In this document: in pieces, positions 36,801 to 51,200 of the stretch | Layout: every line of letters starts with the position of its first letter | How positions within the stretch are numbered: position 1 is the first letter of the stretch | Assembly: GCF_964355755.1 (NCBI RefSeq) | Contig: NC_092674.1 | Span: 3,162,001 to 3,226,000, forward strand | From: Antedon mediterranea | Taxonomy: Eukaryota > Animalia > Echinodermata | Length of the DNA stretch: 64,000 nt | Reading direction: 5' to 3' | Translations under genes and position numbers: made by a program | Notes under the pieces: generated by a model | Databases searched by the model: none | Seen by the model: only the letters and a program-made list of their open reading frames with translations | Told to the model about the DNA's origin: nothing

Positions 36801-39800
36801 TATTATGCTTTCACACCCTATTAAAGAGACACTTTGTTGGGTCCCAAAGGTGTCCTTTTAATAGGGGTTCTGCTGTGTTAGTGGTAATACCTAATCTGTA
36901 CCATGTGATAGAGAATATGTTTCCTTTGAATCAATTGGTATTAAAATACAAATATCAGAAATTGAAACATTGCATTTAATGCTCTGTGGTTTTTTATGGT
37001 TTATACTTATACACAGGTCATGTATGCTAGTAAAATTATACTTGCAACCGTCTTTATCATACATTACAATATTCTATGCATATAATTAACCTTTGACCCA
37101 CAATCGTGCAATTTAATGGATATCTTGTGTAAATCCTTCCAAGATCCAAGATGTCTTTGTAATTATGAAATTGAACGATTAATAAATGATAATCTTTTAG
37201 AATATTATATAGCTTGTATTATGCTCTATTTGAATAGCAGTGTAGTTTGTTATTCAAATCCTAGTCTTATTTTATTTTTATTAGGACATGTTTAAATTGA
37301 GGTCTTATTAAATAAAGAGAACTATGCTTGAAATATGAATGACATTGTTTGAAGGGAGGTGGTGTTGAAGGGAGAAGGAGGGGAAAAGAGATGTAAAGAT
37401 TATGTGATCTATCAAACTAATTTGACAAAAAAAAAGTGTTATGCGGCCAAATATGGTAGTGATGTAAATGTAATCTCATGTTTCTCTCTTATTCTATTGT
37501 TGTACCTTTGCATTGTCCTTGTTTTTTTTTAGACGAATAAATGAAATGAAAATTAAAATACAAATATGTATTTAAAACAAGAGCAAATCAGCCTGTAATA
37601 TGCATTTTAACCCAGTGATGTTATTCTGGTTTTAGCTTTTAGGAGTGGAGAAAGGTTGTGTTTTTGAAAGGAGATTTTAACTTCATAGAATCCTCTGTAT
37701 CTTTATGTTTGAATGTCATCTGTATATTTTGTATTGTTGTTAAGAGGGCCTCTTCAAGTCAGCTGTACTGACAAAGTTGACTAAAGAAAATAGCACTAAT
37801 ATTTCAATATTGTACCAAGAAAAATGTAGATTACCACAGATATTACTGTAGATAAGATTCACAATATGAACATAAAAGGAAATAAGTGGTAATTAAAACC
37901 AATAATAATCTATGACCTCAGCCAATAACCATAAGGAAAAATTCATAATTTCATTATTAGTCATACACTAGTAGTATATATAATTAGAAATTTGATATGT
38001 AAATGATTCATCTATAATACTTTACTGTCATGTGAAATTTATACTGGTTATTACTAATTTTAAATTATATACATTTGCTGAGTAATAAATTAATATTAAC
38101 ATTTAACACACATTTTTATGCAAACTGTATATTGTCTATTTACCATGAGTAGAAGGTTCGCCAAACCTGAATATACACTATAAACTGATATGACTGCAGA
38201 TGTAATAGCCACAGAAAATTGAAGCATTCAGCCCGTAAATTATAAGCAAGCAAGCTAGGAAGTTTTGTAGATTTAGATATTGAATGAGAAAGTAGGGGTG
38301 GGGAAGAGTAGAAGTGAGCAAGAGTAGGGGTGAGCAGGAGTAGGGGTGGGAAAGCGTAATGATGAAAAAGACTGGGTAGGGCTAGGAGGAGGAGAGGTGT
38401 GGAAGAGTAGGAGTGAGCAAGAGTAGGGTTAGAGTGTAGTTTTCGGTATGAGGTTGAAATGGACACCAAACCAGTAGTATATTCATTCCAACTGCAATAG
38501 TATTTTTATATAGTACATTTTTTTATTTTTTTAAATTTTTATTTGAGTTTTATCCCATTTAACTCCAATTGTTCTTCCTGTTTTGTATTTTTTGTTCATC
38601 AAAATTTATGATTGAATGAATGACCAACCAACCAACCAACCAACCTTGTAGAGACTAGGAATTATAAATAATACAATAATATAATAACCACAATGGTAAT
38701 ATTTACTTTATAATACCATATTAAGTACTTACTAACATTCTTTGCCGATGAGACTTTGCCATGAAGATTTAAAGAAGGTGGAATTATATATCTACTGGTA
38801 CCATAATGTTTTATTACTACTGTTAGCCAATGCATTAGTCCTGCCACATAGAGAACTATAATATTGATATGGTATCAACAATATCATTGGTAAACCAAGG
38901 CAATCCTGTCTTGGTTAAATTATATTGTAAAAGAGAATATCACGAGTTTTAATCCCAACTTAAAATGAACTTTTTGTGATAAAGATTTCTATAATTAAAG
39001 TTGGGAAATAAAGAAAAGTTACCCGATTCTCTGTACTGTATCTAGAAAAATCCTGTAATACAGTATCGCCTAGTATCACAGACTACAAAATACCACTTAC
39101 CCTAAACTTACATGATACAGGAATCATGTGATACAAATGACGTGCTGTATTATGGAATATGCATGTGATACTGTGAGGCAAATATTGTATGTTGAGATAC
39201 AGCGTTGATATTCGGCTAGAAAAGTATATTGTTTGTTACAACCCACCGTCTTGGGGAATACACGATTAATAATTTATATATACCTTACCTGAAACATGTT
39301 AGTGCTTTGAGAAAGAGGAAAGATATTCCTAAATCCGTATGGCTTGTCACACACATCATTTTGAAGACTAGTTAGGTATATACACGGATTTTGATTTCTA
39401 TTATCCAAAATAAAGCACAAAAAGATCATTTTTACCATATACAGAATTTATATAATGTATTAAAAACAGAATTTTATGTGCCTCTTCCCTGTTCAAATCG
39501 CCCCCATGTACGTGATTTTTTGTTCAAATTTGAATTTAAATAAACCTATAATTCGTTCTTTCTTAAGGTCTTTCTACACTACAAAACTAGTTTAACAAAA
39601 AATTGTGATGTTCCCAAATATGGTAGTGATATGTCCAAATATGGTGGTGATATGACATCATCGTGTCTATATATGGGTTCATCACATTTGTTGTCACATC
39701 AAAATTTAATAGTGTAAACTGAGCTTTGCACATTGTCAAAAATCTGAATGTAGCCAGTTGGCACTGATATCGTTCCGATCGATAAAAATGGTCTATCTCA

Positions 39801-42800
39801 TTGTGATTGGTCAAAGTACAAATTGCGTTGCACTTAGGTCGTTATATTGCGTCCTAAGAGTGGGGCCCAAGTTTAGGAGGTTTTGACAAAGGATTGAATG
39901 TACAAGATTTTATTAGACTACTGAGAAACGTAAATCAACTTTGAACAAAGAATTTCGCCATAATTAGCATAAAGCTTGGTTCCCACTAGGACGTAAGCGC
40001 AACGCAAGGGACCAATCACGACGCGATGGATCATCCGAACTGTCTCTTGTGATTGGTCCACTGTGTTGCGTGTACGCCCTTTATGTTCCAAGACTGATTT
40101 ATGTACAACAATTTGTACACAATTACCAACCAAGTAGAACCATGTTGTATCCCTCTTCATTAACAATAAAATATCTACTTTAGATTTTAAAGATTAAAAT
40201 GGATATTTCCTTTGAGATTAATAATAATAAATTGAATTATGAGTCAGAGGTTACAATAATGTAGTACACAGGATGTAAAAAAACATGCATCATAACAAAT
40301 CCTTTATTGTCTGTAAACTTATAGGCCTTACCAGTAAAACATTCATTTCAGCTTTATATTTATTGTATACGACGCATCATAGACAAGATATTGTCTGTTT
40401 TTTTTATGTTGTTGTTATTCCATTCGGCGTTTCTATTGTCTGATGATTCGCGCCTTTAACATAATCAAAGTCTGGTCCCCACTAGAGACGCAACGCAATT
40501 AAGGACGTAAACGCAACGCAAGAGTGTTGACCAATAACAAGCGACAGTTTGAATAACCCATCGCTTGTAATTTGTCAAAAACAGATACAATATCCATAGA
40601 CAAACTTTACTTACTGTAGATATAATTCTCTAATAAACGGGGAGACTGTTTTATCCACGAACGAACCAAATCCAAGCTGAAAGTCGGTTGTTATCAATCG
40701 CATAGCGTTTGCTGGAAAAACAATCATAAAATAATCGTAAATGAATTATTAACAGTACATATTGATATAACAACGCTTTACCTATTTTTCCATATTTCAT
40801 TTTAAGCCTGTTTTCCATTAACGAATTTAATTCGCATGAATCGAGCATTCTGATTGGTTGCGCATGTTACTATGCCGGGAAACGTTAATAGTCATGCGCA
40901 TTAATATTTCATCCGCTTTTTGCAACCCGATCAGAGATTAGGGATTTTCAATTTATTTTATTGGAAACTTACCTAAATCGACAATAACTTTTCGCATGGT
41001 TTCTAAATCATCGTTCATAGAATGGGAGAGATCCATGACAAAGTACATATCAACTGGATAGTCACGTGACGGCCTTACTGTCACGTTAAAGTAAGCTGGT
41101 TGGCCTATGAAAATATAAAAAAAAAACAGTCAGTTACTCTGATGTGACTGTCATGGGCGGATCTAACGCCCCAGCCTTCTAAATGTTGCTTGATTATACA
41201 TTAACCATCCCTAGTAGTAAGTAGTAGTACTAGTAGTAAGACCTCCACCGTGAAACAAATCAGTCGAAACTGTCAGTAGTTATTCAAATTCTTTTAGTTG
41301 CTAATTAGCAATGCTAAGAAGAGACTTAGCTTATCGTTATATGCAAGCGACTACGCAGCTATTGAGTCAAAATAGTCATTCCGCGCATTTTTTTGCTGAG
41401 CGTGCGCAGAATGAGTCGATGAAAGGTCGCTAGTACTGTAGTAAAATAGTTTTGCATCATAAAATAACTTTCGTACACTTTGTAAATTTTCATTACTTGA
41501 AACTTCAGTTTTGAAACCGAAAATTGATTTTATAATTGTACTTTGTCTAAACAAACGTATTCAAAGTACTGTAAAAACAACACTTAAAAATGTAAAAATA
41601 TAGTCCTTTGGGTGAAGCGTTTTCCGATGATTCTTAACAAAGGAAAACAGATTGATAGTTTCCTGTCTGTCGTCAGATAACTTTTACAAATTGTCGATTA
41701 TTAGAATAAGTGAATTGTCTGGTCTAGAAAAATCTACTCTATTATAGATTTATGACGAAGTTACAAGTTCATGAACTTTAAACATTATTTTAAACCAAGG
41801 AATTTTACTATTTCGCCTGGTCTTAACAGATGTTACAAACTACAGTGGAAAGATTTAAATAGTTTTAAAATATTAAGCTTTGTCCGTCCCCATTTGAAGG
41901 TAATTTAACCAACCACGACGCGATGGATCGTTGAAACTGTCGTTGTGATTGGTTAACTCACTTAAGTTGCGCCTACATCGTTGCGTTGCGTCCAAGTGGG
42001 AAAATAGGTTCGAGCCCGTAATTAGTAAAGATAAATATGTTGGCACATATGGCGTTTCATGCGCCTAATAAAACAATCGCATTTTCAGACAAAAGTCGAA
42101 ACGTCGACTGATGGACTAACATAAAAAAGACAATAACAGGGGCAAGTCTAATGTATTGGTTTCATAAAACGTACCTGGCCTTATTGCTAGTAGAACTTCC
42201 TGTGGACTGACTTGGATCGGACCAATATTATTAATCTTATCTTGTACAGCCATATCCTACAAATAAAATGCATAGGCCTAATTATTAATATAATTTGTTG
42301 GAATATTTCAACCATTTTTTTTTTGTGAAGACACGATTTTAGTTTCATGACCCTTATTTGACCTTTGATGTCATGAATATCTTTTTCAAAATAAATGTAA
42401 TATTCAACTAGAATATAATAATAAAAATTAAATGAAAGAGCAGAAAAGTTATTAATAAGTCATGATAAAACCTGTTTAATTATGTAGAAACAGCTCAAAA
42501 GTGTTTATTATTTAAATTTTTATCATTTCTAAGTTAATAGTGTAAACTATTTTTATCTCATAGCTATAACACAATTCGCCTCTCAAATTGTTTTGCTTTT
42601 AAATAAATTGAGTATTTAAATATTGATAATCTAGGTTTTAAACCGTGTAATATTAGTAAAAGATAAATATTTGGCATATATGGCGTTGCATGCGTATGAT
42701 ACTTACTATTATAGGATATACATCTCGTGTCGTCGGGTTCTGTATATCTGCTTTCATACAATATAATTCAATGTTAGCTACAGTATCACATCTGGATCGG

Positions 42801-45599
42801 GAATAGGTCTAAAACCAAAGAAATCTGAACATTATGCCTAATCAGAATATATCACAAGCCAGGGCCTACATTTGGAGTATGATGTAATCAATAGAATATT
42901 GAATATTAAGAAAGCTTTAAATCAATAAACGGATTCGATCGATTAATTAATTTCAACGAATATTGATCGGATTCATTTATCGATTATTTTACGAAACGAT
43001 TGATTGATCGTTTCTCAATTTTTTTGATTGAAATAATTATTGATAAGTTGGTAAATGATTGATTCATTTATCGATTATTTTACGAAACGATTGATTAATT
43101 ATTTGTCGATAATACATTGAATGATTATTGATAAGTTGGTAAATGATTGATTCATTTATCGATTATCTTACGAAACGATTGATTGATTATTTCTAAATTT
43201 TTTTGATTAATCGCTTGAAAGGATTATTGATAAGTTGGTAACATTGAATAATTGATTTGTTCATATTGATTATCGATTATTGATTTACTTACAGCCGATG
43301 AACACCAAGCACACAATGCCGACGATTGTAAACATTCACTACAGGTTGACGAACTGGAACATGATACTAAATTGCTTTCTGAAAAATGAAGTCACAAACA
43401 TACTTTATGGGTGGGAGGGATAGGTGGGGATAGGGGGTAGAGGAACACGTTTGTAGTGAGTCTATTGTTCTTTCCAATTCGATCACAGTCAATATATGTC
43501 GTTTCTAACATAAAGACACTTATAATAGTATAGGCAACACGTTTGAATGAAGAAGTTAAGCGCTGTCGATACGTAGGCCCACTACAGACTTTCAGACAGA
43601 TTTTAGTATTAATTAAGTATTTAAAAAAAATCATTAACACGTGTATAATTAGATCGTTGATACGGGAGCATCGCTTTTAATTTAGACTTCACGGTCATCC
43701 ATCGACGATTCTTTCCTTTTTAATTATAAATAATAGTTCATGGTTACGTTACCACCTGTCTATATAATCAATACGCACAACGAATCATTTTAAAAGTTTA
43801 GGCCAGGCCTACTGTAAACCATGGTTGGGGCCATGGTTGTTGTCGGGCCTATGTGTTTCACCGCATTTCTCGCAAAGTATAACACCATTTTATTTACTAC
43901 TACGGATTGTGACCCGACGTGTTTTGACAGTAAGCATATTGTTGCTTAAAGGTGTTGTGTTATGAGTTATAGTTTCCTTTGACTTCCTTCCTTTACTTCC
44001 TCATTCGTGTTTTAAAATAATGTAAGGTGATAATCTGGTACGTATGCCTACTACTAATCGTGTTTTTGCAGCAGTGGTAAAGGCAACGATGACGACATGT
44101 GAAACATGACGAGAAACCGGACGGGGGATGGCGACGGCAGTGGTGATAAAGAAGGTAAACAGGACGAGGGTGGATAGCGATAAAGAAGGTGAAGACGACA
44201 AGTGGTGATGTAGACGGAAGAAACAGGACGGTGGATAGCGACGGCAGTGGTAAAAAGGTGAAGACGACAGCCGAAGTGACGACGACACGACGGCAGTGGT
44301 GATTTAAAGAAGACAGTCGTGAAGACAACTGTGAGATAACGTACACGTCAGAGGTGGAAGATGACGACGACGGCAATGTTGATAAGGCGACGGCGGTAAA
44401 AACGGGAGCATAGGAGGGTGTCACGAAAGCTCAGACCACGAAAGCTCAGACCCCCTAAGACCTAAGATCACGAAAGCTAAGACCCAACACCTGAGATTAC
44501 AAATACTAAGATATACTACAGCTTAAAAACAATACTTGTTTATCCATACATAATTTTAAACACAGTAGGTTTCATTTATTACCATAAATATAATTTAATA
44601 ATACCGCAAAACATAGATAAAATCGCATTATTTTCGCCCGTTGAGTAAATGTATATTTTTTCTTTACAACAAACAAACTTGACGGGTTGTTTGTTGGTAT
44701 ATATTTACTCCATTGTGTTGGTTCAGAGGATGTTTTTCTTGCGCACCTGCCTTTCTTGTATTTTGACTCCAAATTTGTTGACTAACTTTATCCTGAACAC
44801 CACACTTTAAAATTAGGACTTATAAGTACTTTCAGAAGGAGAAACACATGATAACAAATAAATAAATCTTTTAAATTGATGATTTTACAGATATGTTTCT
44901 TTGTATACTGTAATGTAACTCCTCGAGCTCCCCATGCTCAATGTTTTTGTTTCTATGGAGCGCCAAAAGAGCAACAATAATAGTACAAGTATAAAAACAG
45001 AAAGGAAACGAAACAAAAAATTAAAATTTATTTGCCGGTATTTATTTCTTCGTACTTGCATGATTATACTATTATCATTACAATTTTAATTTTACATTGT
45101 TCCATCCACACTGTAGATGGACTCCACAGAGTTTTCAGCCCTCTATATAATTTTTGCTATTTTGACGTTCCATAGAAACAAAAACATTGGGTAGGCCTAC
45201 TGTACTGTAGGCTAGTCATTTTGTGTGCGAGAAAAAGTGCCAATTCTAAGGTGTGGTATTCATAATAAATATTGGGAGTTAAAATACAAGGCAGGTGCGA
45301 AAGATAAATATTTGTAATCTTAGGTGTTGGGTCTTAGCTTTCGTGATCTTAGGTCTTAGGGGGTCTGAGCTTTCGTGACACCCGAGCATAGGACACAGTA
45401 CCTGTACCGTAAATGGTTATAAGATAACTTGCTTGGGGTTGGTAACCAAATCATAAAAATCATGACGAGGATGATGATGACGTCACCACCATACACGCGC
45501 GCTCACCATTCAGTACTTACTTTTTGATTGGACAGTCGCTGATGATAACAGCAAAACCATGATAACTATTGCTAGGTGTAATACTACATAGGACGCCAT
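21825..45599 (-). CDS. Integrin beta subunit, complete, 23 coding exons, 790 aa
   Basis: Exons 45599-45521, 43378-43293, 42808-42707, 42256-42175, 41104-40973, 40711-40615, 39397-39289, 36022-35936, 35246-35163, 33810-33733, 33266-33159, 32771-32679, 31946-31759, 31231-31153, 30673-30534, 29910-29841, 27384-27318, 25037-24937, 24397-24299, 23705-23564, 22940-22836, 22403-22222, 21887-21825 (2373 nt, open frame). Signal peptide, PSI (CSECL..CAWC), betaI ([70 protein letters not shown]), four I-EGF repeats, TM, tail [19 protein letters not shown]. Confidence 0.96.
24699..24856. repeat. ~158-bp near-perfect palindrome containing a hammerhead-like core (inverted Penelope pLTR-like)
   Basis: Arms GGTACACCAC..GAGTTTCT..GATCAATATGCTTTGAT and ATCAAAGCATATTGATC..AGAAACTC..GTGGTGTACC; right arm reads TGAGGA-TGATC..GATC-GAAAC-GTC. 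Confidence 0.7.
25160..26990. mobile_element. Mutator/foldback-like element with minisatellite arms and 9-bp TSD
   Basis: TGTTCTGTC at 25151-25159 and 26991-26999; left arm (GGACAACTACCCCCTTA)n, right arm (GGGGTAGTTGTCC..)n in inverted orientation. Confidence 0.88.
25536..25952. mobile_element. Nested Mutator-like MITE with internal 20-21-bp tandem repeats
   Basis: TIR GGGTGTTTCGAAACTAGAGACCCGAGACCAGAGACC; flanks GTTTTTTAC / GTTTTTAAC (8/9); core (GGGTCTCCCTTTTCGTATA..)n. Confidence 0.82.
27789..29795. mobile_element. 2.0-kb non-autonomous DNA transposon with 17-bp TIR and 7-bp TSD (hATw-like)
   Basis: ATATAAG|TAGGTATCCCAATGAAA ... TTTCATTGGGATACCTA|ATATAAG. Confidence 0.85.
32065..32633. 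repeat. Purine-rich degenerate minisatellite (17-19 bp) in integrin intron
   Basis: (GAGGAAGTTGAAAGAAA)n variants; source of the F/S/L-rich spurious ORFs. Confidence 0.92.
36093..36341. repeat. 16-bp tandem repeat, about 15 copies
   Basis: (ATGTTTAAGATAAATA)n, near perfect. Confidence 0.95.
39973..40095. mobile_element. Second short MITE family (decayed, Harbinger-like); representative copy
   Basis: GCTTGGTTCCCACTAGGACG..GACCAATCAC..GTGATTGGTC; related copies near 3678, 27530, 39750, 40469, 41905, 49194. Confidence 0.6.
42930..43285. repeat. Degenerate AT-rich tandem repeat with ~106-bp higher-order unit
   Basis: ATTATTGATAAGTTGGTAAATGATTGATTCATTTATCGATTATTTTACGAAACGATTGATT recurs about three times. 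Confidence 0.8.
44416..45383. mobile_element. Mutator/foldback-like element with perfect 10-bp TSD in the first coding intron of the integrin gene
   Basis: GAGCATAGGA at 44406-44415 and 45384-45393; ~75-bp TIR GGGTGTCACGAAAGCTCAGACC..; further internal inverted segments (44741/45270, 44932/45160). Confidence 0.9.
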
Positions 45600-48164
45600 T
45601 ATTCGTTGTTTGGACCTGTTGAACAAAACACATAAAATGTCAGAAATATTATGAGAAAATAGTAGTCGCAGACAATAAAAAAAAACACTGAGCATAGTCA
45701 TATCACTACCATATTAAAGCATATTTGGGTGCATCATACTATGAACATTCAATTTTGTTAAAAATTTGGGGTATTGCTAAATCCCGCAAACCCCCGCAAA
45801 CCTCCAAAAAAACATAGCAAACCCCATCCCAGTGGGTTGTACACTACTTGATTCAATCACTTTTATGTTGGTTCGGTGGGGTTTGCTATGTTTTTTTGGG
45901 AGGTTTGCGGTGTTTAGCAATACCCAAAATGTCCAAATATTAGATTTAGAGACTCTTTTTTCCATATGCTTGTCATCTATATAATGTACATTTTTCAAGA
46001 TAATTAGTTAAAGTGTTACATTTTTATATTGTGTTTTAAATTGTATTGTATCTATGTTTCTAAACTCAGGAAAACAAATTTCATGTATGTAATATTATGT
46101 GATAATAAATTGAATCTTGAAGTATTCATTATAAATCTACAATACTATTTTTGTTGTACTTTCGTAGGAAACCAAAAAGCAGGAAATCAAGGCGGCTGTC
46201 AACGCTTTGATCCTCATGACATCTCCCATGATTATCGTTCTCAACTACGGGAACTTTAGGTCACCAGAAAACGCAACATTGTTGTTAAAAAGCTATTAAA
46301 CTTCGATGATTTGACTTTCTATTGTTGCCTTCTGATGAAAAAGGACATAGAGAGTAAAGAATTCTAATTGTCGAAGATCAAGAGATCTTGTGCGTGTGTA
46401 AGCCTATACTTAAATTAGTTTTGTAGAGATTGTATAGGCCTAATTGAACTGAAATACTTCTTTAAAACGAGAGTTTAAAAGTTAGTGTATATAAAGTGTT
46501 CTTGAGCAGTTCCTCATTGTGCTCCTCTGCTATTCTCTGATACATAGCTTTTATTCTTATGAAAGTCGTTAGAAATAACACAGCTTTTCTGCTTTATCGG
46601 AAGAAGAATACAAAAGCTTAAAGGATAATAGTGTTGAGTCTCCTTGACATGTGTTAAACAATATAATCCCGCTCCATAGATTCTGAACTGACTTTAGTAA
46701 TTATTTTAGCTTGTAGGTACAGTATTATTATGGTATTAAAATCCGATGTCCGGGTTATATTCTTGGGTTTCAATTGTCAGCACAAACGTGGTTAATTACC
46801 GATTTAAAACACTTGCTTTTTCACATCAAGATATAATATCAGGTACTTCTGTATTTGAAATCATTTAATTCAAAACATGTAAACATCCGGTGGCAACATG
46901 AAGCTTTTTATAGACATATAGGAAATTTAAATTGTAAATGAAAAACGAAACATGACCTTACACAGCAAGCATTGTGTGAAACCTGTACTTTTTGAAATAA
47001 TATATTATTATTACTTATAAGTTAATTAGTTATACTTAAAGATGTATTGTCCCCAAAAAACATGAAAATGAAGATTAATTAAATCAAATAGGTTAGTTTT
47101 ACTAAAGTTAATCACTTCCGTAGAAAAAGAAAATAAAAAAAATTATGTTTTTTCACTCACAAATAACATACAGTAATAAATGGTTAAATTCAACCAAAAA
47201 TCCACTGGCTGGCAGGCAATTTGACCCTAAATTACAGTTTTCCAGGTAAATACATTTTGTTTACATTCAATTTTTGGTCAAAGTAGATAACTATTATGTG
47301 ACATTACAATGGAATATTCAACAACAAAAATTAATTTCACAGAAACATTAACATCAGATATTATTCGAACTATTTATCCATTCGATCGTAAGATCATGAT
47401 GCATTATGACAGAGCTAGCTAAACTCTCACCTGATACTAACCATTATTAATTAGCAACATTAGCTTGCCTTTATTAGTGCAAAGTACAACAGCCATTACA
47501 TGTTTTGTTTTAAATGTGACCTTTCGGGCATGTCACTCGAGACTATACGCGTACGCGTAAAACATCATTCTGCGCATGCTCATATATGTTTATGAGCGTA
47601 CGTAGGAACGACTTTTTCACTCGACAGCTGTAAGTTCGAGTGACACCCCTTGAAAGCAATTGTTGCTATTTCTTTCAATACGAATAATATTGTTCTAGTT
47701 AACAAGGCCTATATTAATTTAGTTTCGAAATGATTAAAACTCATAATAATTGGTATTCAATCTTGAAATAATAAACAGTATATTCAATCCACGTTAATTA
47801 TATTTTAAGATTTCCGATACTACTAATACTACTGTACTACTAATACTTATGGTTATTTCTTGACAACCACCGATATACAGTATCTACACACACAGACACC
47901 AGACATCCTCTTAATAAATAACAACCCTCTTAGGCACCATATGTTTTAACATTGACCGAAACTCAACAAATTAGATTTTTAACAGTAAATTCAAGTTTGT
48001 CCAAATTCGTGTTAGAAAAAAATCTGTCGGGTGTTAACAGACTACTAACAAGGCTGTTTGATTCATTTGGTTTTCTTTTTGTAATAAGTTTACTGAGTGG
48101 GATGTATGGCAACTCTGACGTAATTGTACTTCAGGCAAGTACACACTGAGCACAAAATGAAATG

Positions 48165-48206
48165 ATTTTCGGGTGGGACTCGAACCCACGACCTCCAGAT
48201 CCCTGA
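48165..48206 (-). repeat. tRNA-derived fragment (3' half, B box)
   Basis: Minus strand GGAGGTCGTGGGTTCGAGTCCCAC forms a T-arm; 5' half missing. Confidence 0.45.
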
Positions 48207-51200
48207 CGAAAAGCAACTTCGTATAGTATATTCATATACATATAGTAATTATCAATAATTTTCTGTCGAGTTGGCCTAATCTATACGTTGAATAATACCG
48301 TAAAAGTAATATGCGAAATAAGTATAACAAATAGCTAAGGTTTTGCCTGCCACACCCCTTTAACTGTTAGAGGGGTGTGGCAGAAACTTATACACGAAAG
48401 TCATTTTATAGATGATAATATAATATATTGTATTGCACCACAGGCCCTACTTTGGCGTTATTTCATAAGAGGTTAATAAATTTCCGTCAAAAAAAAACAT
48501 AATTCGTTACTGAACCATAACAGTTTCTATCACTTTTGTACACTGTAACCTTCACGGTTCTATATCTGTAAACGGCCGCCGGAAATAATACGATTTACTC
48601 TAATTACTCCGTACTCTAATTTCTACTTGTAAGTACGATAAATTATCCCTGGTGTAAAGTCAACTTGAATCCAGATTTTGTTAAGGTCTACACAAATCCT
48701 TCAACCGTGGTATCATTTCCGTTCTTATTGTATACTTTAGCTTAACTTACAATTTCACCGGTAGTGCTGCTGCAAAATGACAACCGGCTAATTTTGATAA
48801 AACAGGCTAAATTTCACTTTGAAGAAAATATTATGTGTAGCATACCAGTATATTTCTAATTGCTGTAAGAAAATTAATTCTTACTCCCGGTTCATGAATT
48901 GGCTTTCCTCCGAGTTAAAACATTTATACATACAGTGGGCCAATTGTAATAAATACTCATTGTAATTATAATAATTATATTAATAAATATTCCGATTCGA
49001 ACGAAAGGTTAATAATAATAGTACATTCTATACGTATGTTTTTCTATATATAGGCCTACAATGACGTGATTGGTGATGAGAAGTTTTATTTAGCTGTATC
49101 TTCGTTAGGCCTATTGTCGTTTCTTTTAATAACATTTTTTTTACCGTTTCATTTGTTAATATAATTTATAATAGCTGTTGCTTGGGCACTAAAGGCTTGA
49201 CCCCCACTTTTGGATGCAGCCCAACTACGTAGGCGCAACGCAAGTGAGTTGACCAATCACAAACCAACAGTGAGATAATCCAACGCTTTGTGATTGGTCA
49301 AATTAATTGCGGTGCGCTTATGTCAATAAAATGTCACTCTTCGCTTTCCAAATGCATTGAATATCGAGGGTTTTTTGCTTTTGTTATCAGTCCCTCGAAT
49401 TTGTCTTTTTAACCGATAGTAAATTTAGGCCTAGCAACAGCAATACCGTAACAGCATTAAGTAAAGGAACCAACCAATATCTTGCTTCTGATTGTGTAAA
49501 ACGGTAAAATCATAAAAGTAGGTTGACAGATATTTGACACCGAACAAATAGTACTTTCAAAAGAATTTTGTCGTTGTTGAATTGACTTAAAATACCGTAA
49601 TCACCACAATAATAAAAACTAAGAAAATAGCCCCGAAGCGTGAAGCGTTATAGGCAGTGTAGCCACCAAGACAGAATCACAATATGTACTTTGAACTACA
49701 CTACCCGGTTATATAATTTCCTTTCAGCTGAGGGGAGCGGGTAGGGCCTAATCATCGTGACAGAGATCAGACCACTCCTAGTGTTACCGGCAATCGAGTG
49801 GTGGTCTATTGTTTTCAAGACCGTTTTCAAGCCTACACTGTTACATAAAATCAATCATTGAAGATTAACAAATAAAGTTCGAAATAATAATCATTGTGGT
49901 TTGTCCCACTTTGGTCGGAAATTCGTGCTAATAATAAATTTAGACATTACCTCAAAATTAAAGTTTAAAATATCACTGTTACTGATAAAAATCAATTATA
50001 TGGTGGTGTTACTGCTGGTAGCTTTAACGTTTAAGTGAAGAAGACCAAAGAATAGAACAAATGAAAAAAAATGATAACAAAATGATAACAACCCGGTCTT
50101 CTATTGTTATAAGAATACCAATGCTATAACAAAGGAAATGAAGCAGACAATTTAGATTAGCAATAAAGAAGATTTTGCGGGCTTTTTATCATATTTACAC
50201 TCATGATATTTTATATTTCAAATATACTGTATTATTTCTATGAATCTGTGTATATAATAATTATATAGAAATTTCGTGATATGAGACGTTTCTTTTGCCA
50301 CTTCTTTTTACTCTGTGAAATATAATTATTAATATTTATTATTATTATTCATTTATTAGGATTTATATATTACATTCTTGATAACATTTAAAAAAAATAG
50401 TATATTTGTGTCTCGTTTTCGGCCTCTAACTTTCATACGATATTACCGTATGTGGCATATGTTGTTATGTTAGCAGGAGGCCTATACGCACCTTCATAGA
50501 TGGTATACGTACCCGCCTATGTGATATGGATCTCCTGTGATATTACCTCAGAGATGTAGAAAATAAGTCTTCCTATTTTACATGTGACTGAATATGTAAC
50601 GTTTTAATAAACAATTCCATTGGCATATAGCATAAATAATGTATCAAAAACAGGCTACAATTCTTCTAACCTGGAAACGATTAAAATTAATGAACAACAA
50701 AATGACGTAGATGTGATCGCTAAGATCGTTCTTCTTGTGCTGAATAAAGTAAAAACTAAACCAATTGCTGTATGTATGTTCAAGCAGAAAAAAAAAACGA
50801 TTTTACCTTTCGACGACAACCCCGTTCACTTCTGAAACACCTTCACCACATGCGTAATATAATCCGAATCGTAGGCCTATGGAATGAACAAAATACACGA
50901 ATGCTGTCCACACACCGGCGTAATTACAAATGATTACGAGGCAAGATTCTGTGTATTTTAAATAAGGAAGCGCGCAAAGATAGTATCTCCGGCTTTCAAT
51001 ACATCGACAACGGACATGACAAATTCATAGATTGTTCAATATAAGGATTTTTTTTTGTAATGCTTCAGTGGTTTTGCCGGAGTTTTTATTATTTATTTCT
51101 AACTATTCAGCACATGTTATCAACCATCACCAGGGGCGTATTATATTTTGTATCGTATTTTATATTGTACCTCTATTATGATTGTCGATGTGATGCAGAG

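Noticed and set aside
43993-44424. 143-aa and 95-aa minus-strand ORFs
   Set aside because: Low-complexity GAC/GGT-rich degenerate repeat in an integrin intron; the integrin frame is complete without it
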